Shown in pieces: positions 1 to 7,762 of a DNA stretch of 26,896 bases (within the stretch, counting starts at the first letter, position 1; each line of letters begins with the position of its first letter). A program made the translations under genes and the position numbers. The notes under the pieces are model-generated. The model was not told the origin of the DNA and made no database searches. It saw nothing but the letters and a program-made list of their open reading frames with translations. Origin of the DNA: an uncultured virus (IMG/VR IMGVR_UViG_2061766007_004337) (Duplodnaviria; Heunggongvirae; Uroviricota; Caudoviricetes); the IMG/VR virus record IMGVR_UViG_2061766007_004337; one strand, 5' to 3'.

Positions 1-708
1 TGCGATCGTCTCGTCTTTGCTGATCAGCGCTGACGGCCTGCAGAGGTCGTGACGTTCTGTCAGCCAGAGAAAATCCAGGAGAAGAAGATGGTCCTTGCCG
101 GGGAAGAGACGCATGCCTCGCCCGACCATCTGCTGATAAAGGGAACGGATCTTTGTCGGCCGGAGCACCACGATGCAGTCCACACACGGGCAGTCCCAGC
201 CCTCGGTCAGAAGCATGCTGTTGCAGAGCACGTCGTAATGACCGTTATCGAAATCCTGAAGGATCTGTTCCCGGTCCGGGCTGTTGCCGTTAATCTCCAC
301 GGCGGAGAGCCCCGCTTCATTGAGCATGGCGCAAAACTTCTGAGAGGTTGCGATCAGGGGGAGAAAGACCACGGTCTTCCTGCCCTTGCAGTAATAGACC
401 ATGGCGTCCGCGATCTGGCGGAGATACGGATCAAGGGCGCTGCCGATGTCGTTTACGGCAAAGTCGCCGTTGCTGATGCCTACGCTGCCGAGGTCCAGCT
501 TCAGCGGGATCATCTGCGCCTTGATCGGGCAGAGATAGCCGTCCCGGATAGCGGAGGCCATGCTGTATTCGTAGGCTTTGCTGTCGAAGTACTCGCCGAG
601 GTTTTTCTGATCTCCGCGATCGGGGGTGGCGGTGACACCGAGGACATTGGCACCGTCAAAATGATTGAGCACCTTCTGATAGCTGTCCGAAAGGCAGTGG
701 TGCGCTTC
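1..708 (-). CDS. SF2 DEAD/DEAH-box helicase (phage/IRC3-like), internal fragment
   Basis: Not in the ORF track; manual minus-strand translation is open across 1-708: EAHH (motif II)...LGVTATPDRGD (motif III)...KTVVFLP...LLTEGWDCP...QMVGRGMR (motif VI). Truncated by the N gap and the window edge. Confidence 0.92.
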
Positions 709-718
709 NNNNNNNNNN

Positions 719-945
719 GAGAGCTCCGCCATACGCACACGCTCCGGAGGGAAAAAACTATCGTCCCAGTCGATGAAGCGGTCGACGTCATTGGCCTGAC
801 GCTCATTGCCGTCCCGGTCCGTGTATGTGCGGGGCTTGAAGTGGGCGCGGCCGCGGCTGCCCGGGACACGGGACCAGTCCATCACCAGGCGCTCTCCGTG
901 CTTCTTCTGGCCGATGCAGCGGAAGAAAGCGGAGATGCGCCACTC
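719..945 (-). CDS. DUF669-like putative ssDNA-binding protein, C-terminal fragment (second variant)
   Basis: Manual translation EWRISAFFRCIGQKKHGERLVMDWSRVPGSRGRAHFKPRTYTDRDGNERQANDVDRFIDWDD; overlaps in protein sequence with 956-1335. Confidence 0.75.
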
Positions 946-955
946 NNNNNNNNNN

Positions 956-1335
956 CCGTCCCGGTCCGTGTAGGTGCGGGGCTTGAAGTGGGCGCGGCCG
1001 CGACTGCCCGGAACACGGGACCAGTCCATCACGAGGCGTTCACCGTGCTTCTTCTGGCCGATGCAGCGGAAGAAAGCGGAGATGCGCCACTCCAGCAGGC
1101 GGTTCAGGATAAGATCCGTACGGATGCTGGCGATGCCGTCGTCGGTCTGCACCTGCAGGGTCAGCTCCGCCTTGTTGCACGGAGCCATCTTGGCGCTGCC
1201 CGGGAAACGGCCGCGCTCGAAGCCGGTCACGGTGAAGTTGTAGTCGCCCTCGGGCAGGATGATGAACTCCTGACCGTCGTTCTCAATAGCGTCGTCCCAG
1301 TCAAAGCCGGTGTTGTTGTTAACGAAGTCTGCCAT
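956..1335 (-). CDS. DUF669-like putative ssDNA-binding protein, N-terminal part
   Basis: ATG at 1335 with AAGGAGG upstream; MADFVNNNTGFDWDDAIENDGQEFIILPEGDYNFTVTGFERGRFPGSAK...; lies directly downstream of the AAA_24 gene, as is typical of phage recombination modules. Confidence 0.78.
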
Positions 1336-1353
1336 TGTTTTTATCCTCCTTAA

Positions 1354-1743
1354 TCAGTTGCGGGCGCTGCGCCCGTTATCGATGAGCTCAACGATCTGCG
1401 GCCAGTACTTGATAAGCCAGCCAGAGATGAACTTCGCAGGGTATTCGCTGACCGGAACCGTCTCCGGATAGTGGCCCTTGTCCGACACGACCTTCCGCAC
1501 TTCGGCCTCGGTCACCCCGCTCTCCGCCATGACCTGGCGGAACTGCTCATAGGGCGTGTCCTCCGTGGCGGAGGGAGGAGCGGGCTTCCTGGCCGGCTCA
1601 AAGGCGAAGGCAATGTTGCCGTAGTCCAGGTCGATGACCTCCGGCAGCGCGATGCGGGTCTTGGCGTCCCACGCCGGATGATGCGCCGTGTAGATGACGC
1701 GCTTTCCGCCCTGAGCCTTTTTCGTGTCGTTATCCGCGGTGAC
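1354..1743 (-). CDS. AAA_24 (Sak4-like) ATPase, C-terminal fragment
   Basis: VTADNDTKKAQGGKRVIYTAHHPAWDAKTR...WLIKYWPQI...ARN*; continues the 2844-3266 and 13541-13762 fragments. Confidence 0.85.
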   Translation of the reverse strand, partial: VTADNDTKKAQGGKRVIYTAHHPAWDAKTRIALPEVIDLDYGNIAFAFEPARKPAPPSATEDTPYEQFRQVMAESGVTEAEVRKVVSDKGHYPETVPVSEYPAKFISGWLIKYWPQIVELIDNGRSARN

Positions 1744-1753
1744 NNNNNNNNNN

Positions 1754-1822
1754 TTCCTGGCCGTCGTTCTCAATAGCGTCATCCCAGTCAAAGCCGGTGT
1801 TGTTGTTAACGAAGTCTGCCAT
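1754..1822 (-). CDS. DUF669-like protein, N-terminal fragment (second variant)
   Basis: MADFVNNNTGFDWDDAIENDGQE; near-identical to the start of 956-1335. Confidence 0.7.
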
Positions 1823-1840
1823 AGTCTTTTTCCTCCTTAA

Positions 1841-2026
1841 TCAGTTGCGGGCGCTGCGCCCGTTATCGATGATCTCAACGATCTGCGGCCAGTACTTGAT
1901 AAGCCAGCCGGAGATGAACTTCGCGGGGTATTCGCTGACCGGAACCGTTTCCGGATAGTGGCCCTTGTCCGACACAACCTTCCGCACTTCGGCCTCGGTC
2001 ACCCCGCTCTCCGCCATGACCTGGCG
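1841..2026 (-). CDS. AAA_24 ATPase, C-terminal fragment (second variant)
   Basis: RQVMAESGVTEAEVRKVV...IIDNGRSARN*; near-identical to the end of 1354-1743. Confidence 0.8.
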   Translation of the reverse strand, partial: RQVMAESGVTEAEVRKVVSDKGHYPETVPVSEYPAKFISGWLIKYWPQIVEIIDNGRSARN

Positions 2027-2036
2027 NNNNNNNNNN

Positions 2037-2503
2037 TTCGTTTCCTCCCGCATCTTTTCTACAACGCTCTCAGGGCCAGTGATTTGCACTCCGCTGCCAA
2101 GGGAGAAGATCCAGCCGAGGAACTGGTTGCTGATTGCCACCTCAAAGGAAGTCTTAAAGTAGCCTTCGCCGTCCGGCATGATGATCAAATCTTTTCCGAA
2201 GCGATCGATAAACACGCCTACCATGCCGTTTTCTCCGCGGACGGTGACACGTACTTCATCTCCGCCATACATGCCGAAGAGCTGCTTGCCGTACTTGGCA
2301 AGGTCAAACGCCCGGAACTCTTTCTTGCCGAGTCTGGCCTGATCGGTTATGGCGAGGTCAACCATCTTGTCGACGCGATAGTGCTTAATTGCGGCGTCCT
2401 CGGCATCATAAGCGACCATGTAATAGTTCTCATCATCCCACATGAGACACCAGGGGCTCACTACATACCAGGCGCCGTCCCGGCGGAACTCCATCTCTTT
2501 TTT
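2037..2503 (-). CDS. WYL-WCX transcriptional regulator, C-terminal fragment
   Basis: YVVSPWCLMWDDENYYMVAYD...KHYRVDKM (WYL core) and FLGWIFSLGSGVQITGP (WCX); appears to complete the N-terminal fragments at 23589-24357. Confidence 0.9.
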
Positions 2504-2513
2504 NNNNNNNNNN

Positions 2514-2833
2514 CTCTGGCCCGGTGATCTGCACCCCGCTGCCCAGGGAGAAGATCCAGCCTAGGAACTGGTTGCTGATTGCCACTTCAAAGGAAGTCGT
2601 AAAGTGGCCTTCGCCGTCCGGCATGATGATCAAATCTTTTCCAAAGCGATCGATGAACACACCTACCATGTGATTCTCGCCCCGGATGCTGACCCGTACT
2701 TCTTCGCCGCCATACATGCCGAAGAGTTGCTTGCCGTACTTGGCAAGGTCAAACGCCCGGAACTCCTTCTTGCCGAGCCTGGACTGATCGGTTATGGCGA
2801 GGTCAACCATCTTGTCGACGCGATAGTGCTTAA
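2514..2833 (-). CDS. WYL-WCX regulator, C-terminal fragment (second variant)
   Basis: KHYRVDKMVDLAITDQSR...VQITGPE; few amino-acid differences from 2037-2503. Confidence 0.88.
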
Positions 2834-2843
2834 NNNNNNNNNN

Positions 2844-3266
2844 GTGGGCGGTAATGACGACATGGATCCCGGCGGAGATGACGAGATCGCAGGCCGACAG
2901 GAGCCGGGAGAACTCCTCGCCCATATAGGTGTAGCCCTTGCCGTAGCCGAAGCTTTCGATGGAGTTCTGCTTGTACTTGGCGCAGAGATAGGCCGTGATC
3001 AGCTGCTCCGCCCAGTCGGCGGTATCGATCACGAGGGTCTTGCAGATGCCGGGAGTGGCGGCGACTTCCTTCACGATGGAAAGCAGTTCCTCCCAGGATT
3101 GGGGCTTGTCGATGCGGCGGACGTCCATGTGCGCCGTGCCTCCCTCGGTGTCGATGATGACGGGGTCGGGGAATCTGGCGGCAAGGCTGGACTTGCCGAT
3201 GCCCTCCGGACCGTAGATGACGACCTTCTGGGCGCGATTGATTTTTCCTTTGGTGATGTTCAGCAT
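2844..3266 (-). CDS. AAA_24 (Sak4-like) phage ATPase, N-terminal part
   Basis: ATG at 3266 after AAGGAG; Walker A GPEGIGKS, DTEGG, Walker B TLVIDT, GYGKGY signature. Confidence 0.9.
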
Positions 3267-3277
3267 GTTTTTTCTCC

Positions 3278-3448
3278 TTATCTCAGGGAGCAGGAATAGT
3301 CCTGCACGACGGTGCAGCCCGGGACGTTCGTGCCGGCGCTGATCAGCTTCTTGACTTCCGCCTTCGCCACCTCGGGCGCCGGGATACGGAAGCACTCGGT
3401 AAACTTGTTCCGCTTGAGCCAGCGGACGGCTTTTTCGGCGTCTTCAAC
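3278..3448 (-). CDS. Siphovirus Gp157-like protein, C-terminal fragment (second variant)
   Basis: VEDAEKAVRWLKRNKFTECFRIPAPEVAKAEVKKLISAG...SCSLR*; contiguous with the AAA_24 start. Confidence 0.8.
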   Translation of the reverse strand, partial: VEDAEKAVRWLKRNKFTECFRIPAPEVAKAEVKKLISAGTNVPGCTVVQDYSCSLR

Positions 3449-3469
3449 NNNNNNNNNNGCGTTTTCTCC

Positions 3470-3985
3470 TTATTTCAGGGAGCAGGAATAGTCCTGCACG
3501 ACGGTGCAGCCCGGAACCTTCGTACCGGCGCTGATTAGCTTCTTGACTTCCGCCTTCGCCACCTCGGGGGCCGGGATACGGAAGCACTCTGTAAATTTGT
3601 TCCGCTTGAGCCAGCGGACGGCTTTTTCGGCGTCTTCAACTTCCACACGGGAGGTTTTTCTGTAGCTGAAGGTGGCAACGCCAAGATCTGTTTTCTGACC
3701 GGCGCACTCCCGGTCCAGAATCTTCATCAGGCGGTCCGAGGTCTTCTCCAGACGCGTCCGGCGCTCCTTGAGCCTGTTCTCCTCGGCTTTTACCGCGGAG
3801 ATCTCCGCCCGGAGGTTCAGCACCAGCTTCGCCAGATACTCCAGGATGGAATGCTTCTCCATCTGAAGGGCGTCGATCCGCTCCAGCACCGCATCCGTGC
3901 TGTCCGGCAGCTCGCCGGTCTCCGGATCGGGCTCCAGCTGATCCAGCAGGGACAGGATCGCCGCATGGATCTCATACAGCTTCAT
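3470..3985 (-). CDS. Siphovirus Gp157 family protein
   Basis: 171 aa; MKLYEI start, coiled coil with KAEENRLKERR, C-terminal KAEVKKLISAGTKVPGC; upstream of the AAA_24 gene. Confidence 0.85.
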   Translation of the reverse strand: MKLYEIHAAILSLLDQLEPDPETGELPDSTDAVLERIDALQMEKHSILEYLAKLVLNLRAEISAVKAEENRLKERRTRLEKTSDRLMKILDRECAGQKTDLGVATFSYRKTSRVEVEDAEKAVRWLKRNKFTECFRIPAPEVAKAEVKKLISAGTKVPGCTVVQDYSCSLK

Positions 3986-4179
3986 TGCCGGACTCCCTCC
4001 CGCACCGGAAGATTGCGGATCTCGATCTCCTCCACAGAGCTGTCCGGGACGATCAGCGTCACCTGGCGCAGTTCGCCGAACAGATATCGAAGGAGCCGCT
4101 CCCGCAGACGCACATTCTGGAGTGCGACAACGCCGTTCAGGGGCTTTTTGGACACACTGACTTTCAAACTGTGAGTCAT
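3982..4179 (-). CDS. hypothetical protein (65 aa)
   Basis: AAAGGAG RBS; stop overlaps the Gp157 start (ATGA). Confidence 0.8.
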   Translation of the reverse strand: MTHSLKVSVSKKPLNGVVALQNVRLRERLLRYLFGELRQVTLIVPDSSVEEIEIRNLPVREGVRQ

Positions 4180-4255
4180 TTTCGTTCTCCTTTCCGAGGG
4201 CGGTGAAAAAACCCTCTACTTAATCGCGGTGGGAAAGGAAAAATAGGACGTTTTT

Positions 4256-4744
4256 TCAAAAATATTTTTTTATTTTTTTCAAAGCCCTCCGATAACGGTG
4301 AGAAACCGCGCTCTGATCTTCGTTATGCAGCCGGGCGTACTCTTTAATGGGAACCCCGTCCAAAGCCACCGTAATAACGAGATTTGCCGCGTCGGGCTTC
4401 AACACTTTACGGATGCGGCGGCAGGTCTCCTCGTAGTTGCGCTTCATCTCTTCGCCTTCTTCCTGGCGGGTGTCCGGGATCAGGTCGAAAAACGGGTCTT
4501 CATCATCGTCACCGGCAAGCGCAGACTCAGTGACATTGTGATCGTTGAATCTCCGGTCCTGATTTACTTCCGGGCGATTGATCTGCTCGTCCATGATCTC
4601 CTGCATGGAGCGTGGCGCTACGGATTCTTTGTCCTCAGCCGCGGCGAGGCGCATCTCATAGTCCGTGCGGATGGTTATTGCGCACTCCTCATCGGGAACG
4701 TCAAGCGTGGTGACCTGTCTCTCATAAACGATTCTGATTTTCAT
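4256..4744 (-). CDS. mobile-element sigma-70 region-4-like / sigma-like HTH protein
   Basis: 162 aa; C-terminal LKPDAANLVITVALDGVPIKEYARLHNEDQSAVSHRYRRALKKIKK fits a region-4 HTH; AAAGGAG RBS. Confidence 0.78.
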   Translation of the reverse strand: MKIRIVYERQVTTLDVPDEECAITIRTDYEMRLAAAEDKESVAPRSMQEIMDEQINRPEVNQDRRFNDHNVTESALAGDDDEDPFFDLIPDTRQEEGEEMKRNYEETCRRIRKVLKPDAANLVITVALDGVPIKEYARLHNEDQSAVSHRYRRALKKIKKYF

Positions 4745-4871
4745 TTCTGCAGCTCCTTTGGATTTTTGAAATCCGCAGAAGCTGCCGGGATCCGCAAAAG
4801 CAGACGACGGCCGGGATACAGCAAACCCTTACGGGGAATTACTGATCCTGGCCGTCGTGCAGCTCTGCGGA
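4745..4871 (-). promoter_or_regulatory. structured 5' leader (SD-sequestering hairpin plus alternative pairing) of the sigma-like gene
   Basis: Long hairpin 4791-4871 capped by CCC-GUAA-GGG; second hairpin 4749-4785 pairs GCAGCUUCU with AGGAGCUGC (the SD); conserved in the second copy 5088-5216. Confidence 0.65.
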
Positions 4872-4884
4872 CTCGGTTTTGTGT

Positions 4885-5034
4885 TTAGTTTGGGAAACTG
4901 TTCACGAGGAAACAGCCGGCGTCCGTCCGAACGAGCTCGGTATAGCTGCCTCGCGTGTCTATGGCGTATTTTCCGCCGGGGGGCAGGATGATGACCTCAA
5001 ACTCTCTGGAGTTCATCCGTTCGATTCTTCCGGT
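4885..5034 (-). CDS. 67-aa hypothetical protein, C-terminal fragment (variant)
   Basis: TGRIERMNSREFEVIILPPGGKYAID...NSFPN*; homologous to 5231-5434. Confidence 0.65.
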   Translation of the reverse strand, partial: TGRIERMNSREFEVIILPPGGKYAIDTRGSYTELVRTDAGCFLVNSFPN

Positions 5035-5044
5035 NNNNNNNNNN

Positions 5045-5087
5045 CAAGTGTGGTGACCTGTTTTTCATAAACGATTCTGATTTTCAT
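5045..5087 (-). CDS. sigma-like protein, N-terminal fragment (second variant)
   Basis: MKIRIVYEKQVTTL versus MKIRIVYERQVTTL at 4744. Confidence 0.7.
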
Positions 5088-5216
5088 TTCTGCAGCTCCT
5101 TTGGTTTTTTTGAAATCCGCAGAAGCTGCCGTGATCCGCAAAAGCAGACGACGACCGGGATACAGCAAACCCTTACAGGGAATTACTGGATCCTGGCCGT
5201 CGTGCAGCTCTGCGGA
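5088..5216 (-). promoter_or_regulatory. second variant of the sigma-gene structured leader
   Basis: Same stems as 4745-4871; substitutions include G-C to G-U changes. Confidence 0.62.
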
Positions 5217-5230
5217 TTTTGTTTTGTTAT

Positions 5231-5434
5231 TTAGTTGGGGAAACTGTTCACGAGGAAGCAGCCGGCGTCCGTCCGGACGAGCTCTGTATAGCTGCCTCGC
5301 TTATCTATGGCGTATTTGCCGCCTGGGGGAAGGATGATGACCTCAAACTCTCTGGAGTTCATCCGTTCGATTCTTCCGGTCAGACCGTCCGCCATGCAGA
5401 CGAGATGACCGAAGCAGTCTGTGATGCGTTCCAA
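5231..5434 (-). CDS. hypothetical protein (67 aa, TTG start)
   Basis: GGAGGT-AACA-TTG at 5434; ERITDCFGHLVCMADG...; the ORF-track start at 5494 lies inside a terminator stem, so it is unlikely. A variant N-terminus is at 5620-5670. Confidence 0.7.
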   Translation of the reverse strand: MERITDCFGHLVCMADGLTGRIERMNSREFEVIILPPGGKYAIDKRGSYTELVRTDAGCFLVNSFPN

Positions 5435-5446
5435 TGTTACCTCCGT

Positions 5447-5502
5447 AAAAAAAGGCCGGTATAAACATCCCTGATAATCCTCAGGAATGCTCATACCGGC
5501 CT
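5447..5502 (-). terminator. intrinsic terminator/attenuator, 22-bp stem
   Basis: AGGCCGGUAUGAGCAUUCCUGA-GGAUUA-UCAGGGAUGUUUAUACCGGCCU then a U-run; the three G-U pairs work only on the minus strand. Confidence 0.85.
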
Positions 5503-5681
5503 GATTCTGTATGATCGATCTGGCTCAATAAGAGCGGATATATTGTTTTTTGAGAGCGAGTCCCTGCGATCGCGGGTCTCTGCTTACGGCCGCTGCCGTT
5601 CAGCGGCTTNNNNNNNNNNGCCGTCCGCCATGCAGACGAGATGACCGCAGCAGTCTGTGATGCGTTCCAATGTTACCTCCG

Positions 5682-5741
5682 AAAAAAATAAAGGCCGGTA
5701 TAAACATCCCTGATGCTTTTCAGGAATGCTCATACCGGCCT
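5682..5741 (-). terminator. same terminator, second variant
   Basis: Identical 22-bp stem, different loop (AAAGCA), U-rich tail. Confidence 0.85.
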
Positions 5742-5822
5742 GATTCTGTGTGTCGATCTGGCTCAATAAGAGCGGGTATGCTGTTTACTTGAGAGCGAGT
5801 CCCTGCAATAGCGGGTCTCTGC

Positions 5823-6017
5823 TTATGGCCGCTGCCGTTCAGCGGCTTGGACCACCTCGGCAAACAGACAGTCCAGCGAGATCTCATCTGTCTTGTTCGT
5901 CCTGGGGTTTTTTACGCGGAGAGCGTGTGTTCCGTCCTCATGAAGCACCGCCTCTCCGATCGGGATCTTCAAGTTGGGAGTGTAGACGAACCCGGGGGAT
6001 AGTTTTTTCACTTCCAT
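5823..6017 (-). CDS. hypothetical protein (64 aa)
   Basis: AGAAGGAGC-ATG at 6017; MEVKKLSPGFVYTPNLKIPIGEAV...; variant fragments at 6302-6415 and 5584-5609 keep the same frame. Confidence 0.78.
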   Translation of the reverse strand: MEVKKLSPGFVYTPNLKIPIGEAVLHEDGTHALRVKNPRTNKTDEISLDCLFAEVVQAAERQRP

Positions 6018-6052
6018 GCTCCTTCTGAAATAATTGAATTCCGTTCTGCTAT

Positions 6053-6291
6053 TCACGTATACATCATACCCGGCATCCTCACCTTATCCCTTCCGTCACA
6101 AGGCATCTTTAGGTCTCCGAGAAGCACTGCATAGGTAACGGCGCGCTTTCCAAAGCGGGCGCGGAGAGCTTCGATCGTGTCATCCAGCTTCTCGCGCCGC
6201 TCGCGCTTCTCATTATCTACGAAGAAGGAAAGCTGCTCTGCCTCCGCTTTGGGCACGAGGTCTGTCGCCCGGATGCATACGGCTCTGACGT
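6053..6291 (-). CDS. dinB: Y-family DNA polymerase, C-terminal fragment (variant A)
   Basis: VRAVCIRATDLVPKAEAEQLSFF...RARFGK...MPGMMYT*; QLSFF is a beta-clamp-binding-like motif. Confidence 0.85.
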
Positions 6292-6301
6292 NNNNNNNNN
6301 N

Positions 6302-6415
6302 TGGGTTTTTTACGCGGAGAGCGTGCGTGCCGTCCTCGTGAACCACCGCCTCTCCGATTGGGATCTTTAATTTGGGGGTGTATACGAACCCGGGTGATAA
6401 ATTTTTCACGTCCAT
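6302..6415 (-). CDS. 64-aa hypothetical protein, N-terminal fragment (variant B)
   Basis: MDVKNLSPGFVYTPKLKIPIGEAVVHEDGTHALRVKNP. Confidence 0.72.
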
Positions 6416-6509
6416 GCTCCTTCTGAAAACTGATAATTCTGCGACCTGCTTATCACGTAAATCGGACTTCGGTCATCGGGTTTCTGCTCTTGCACCAACA
6501 CACCCCTCC

Positions 6510-7640
6510 TCAAAAAGGCAACTCTCCGTCATCAAAGGCGTCAAACGGCGAAGCGGGAGGATCGTCTTTGAAGTCGTCCTGCATGAAAGCGTCGAGAGCA
6601 GCGAGATGCTCTTTCTTGATCCTTGGATGCTTCATTTGCTCTGCGACAGTGGAGAAGAGGATGTCAACCAACCGAGCAAGCGGTGAAGTGCCCCGATTAT
6701 CCACCAGGAAGCTGGTGCCGACGTTTGGTGTATAGATCCACATTTCCTTTGCCAGAGCATCAGCGTCATTCATGGCGTGAACGCTCTTTTCAATATCCAT
6801 CAGGAAAAGCGTCGCCCCGTTTTTCAGGCCGAGATGATAGCAATCACCATGAATCGATGTGTGGACGTCAAATGCGTTTGAAGGGAAGACGATCCGCGAT
6901 ACTTTTTGGGGGTATTCTCCGCCGCTTTCCTCAAAGAACGACTCAAAGCTGAAAAGTGGGTGATCAACGATGCCGTTTATATCCGTTTCCAGACGGTCGA
7001 GTTGATCGGCAGACTCTTTGTACCAGTACAGCTTATCTGCAGTCGTATCCGAGACCAGCTTTTGGATCAAAGAGACCAGATAGGATTCGGTCGGCGTCAG
7101 CTGGACAAGATCAACGGTGAGCAGAGAATCTATGCTGATCCCGAAAGCTTTAGCCGCAGCCATCACGAACTCGATCGTGGGCTCGCTGTTGTTGTTGGGC
7201 TTTTCAAGGCGAGACATATAACCCGCCTGACAGCCGGCATCTTTTTCAATCTGTCCGAGCTTGACCTCAGGATGCCGCTTAAGGAGTTCACGGATGTTAG
7301 AAAAGCAGATATACTTATTGAAACTTCTCACGGCAGTGAAGGCAGTCTCAAACTCAGCGATATTAGCTTTTAGCTCGGCTACCCTGGCTTCAAGAGCAGA
7401 GCGGTCGACCTTGATGTGCTCGGCCTCCAAACGGCTGCGTTTGCGCTCTTCGTCCGATACGGTATTGTCACTGGCGATCGTGGTCAAATCGTTCTCTTTC
7501 TCTTTGTACGCCGCGATCTTTTTCTCCATCGCTGCCATTTCGGCCTGCATCCGCTGAACGCGATAGATAAGCTCACGACGTGCTTCGAGATCCGCTCGAG
7601 CCTCGTCCATTTCTCGGATTTCTTTCTCCCAGTCGATCAT
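6510..7640 (-). CDS. coiled-coil + XRE-HTH + uncharacterised C-terminal domain protein (376 aa)
   Basis: N-terminal heptad-rich region of about 105 aa; central KLGQIEKDAGCQAGYMSRLEK...PTIEFVMAAAKAFGISIDSLL HTH; acidic tail FDDGELPF; GGAGG RBS. Confidence 0.82.
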   Translation of the reverse strand: MIDWEKEIREMDEARADLEARRELIYRVQRMQAEMAAMEKKIAAYKEKENDLTTIASDNTVSDEERKRSRLEAEHIKVDRSALEARVAELKANIAEFETAFTAVRSFNKYICFSNIRELLKRHPEVKLGQIEKDAGCQAGYMSRLEKPNNNSEPTIEFVMAAAKAFGISIDSLLTVDLVQLTPTESYLVSLIQKLVSDTTADKLYWYKESADQLDRLETDINGIVDHPLFSFESFFEESGGEYPQKVSRIVFPSNAFDVHTSIHGDCYHLGLKNGATLFLMDIEKSVHAMNDADALAKEMWIYTPNVGTSFLVDNRGTSPLARLVDILFSTVAEQMKHPRIKKEHLAALDAFMQDDFKDDPPASPFDAFDDGELPF

Positions 7641-7681
7641 TTTTCAACCCTCCAGGCAAATACTGTTTTCAACTTGCCTGT

Positions 7682-7721
7682 ATTATAAACCAGGACAGCA
7701 TACTTGTCAATATTAACAAGT
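7682..7721 (-). promoter_or_regulatory. consensus sigma-A promoter with overlapping palindromic operator
   Basis: TTGACA (7705-7710)-17 nt-TATAAT (7682-7687); 20-bp palindrome ACTTGTCAATATTAACAAGT (7702-7721, one mismatched pair) covers the -35. Confidence 0.85.
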
Positions 7722-7762
7722 CAGTATTCTCAATTGTTTTTGTAAACAAATTATGACGGCCG

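Noticed and set aside
49..1353. 434-aa plus-strand ORF
   Set aside because: Antisense shadow of the helicase and DUF669 genes; it crosses two N gaps and has no recognisable motifs.
1841..3395. Apparent AAA-WYL and WYL-AAA fusion proteins in the ORF track
   Set aside because: The junctions fall exactly at N gaps joining unrelated contigs.
5435..5494. N-terminal extension of the 87-aa ORF-track call
   Set aside because: It runs through the terminator stem and differs by an indel between copies, and a strong RBS supports the TTG at 5434.
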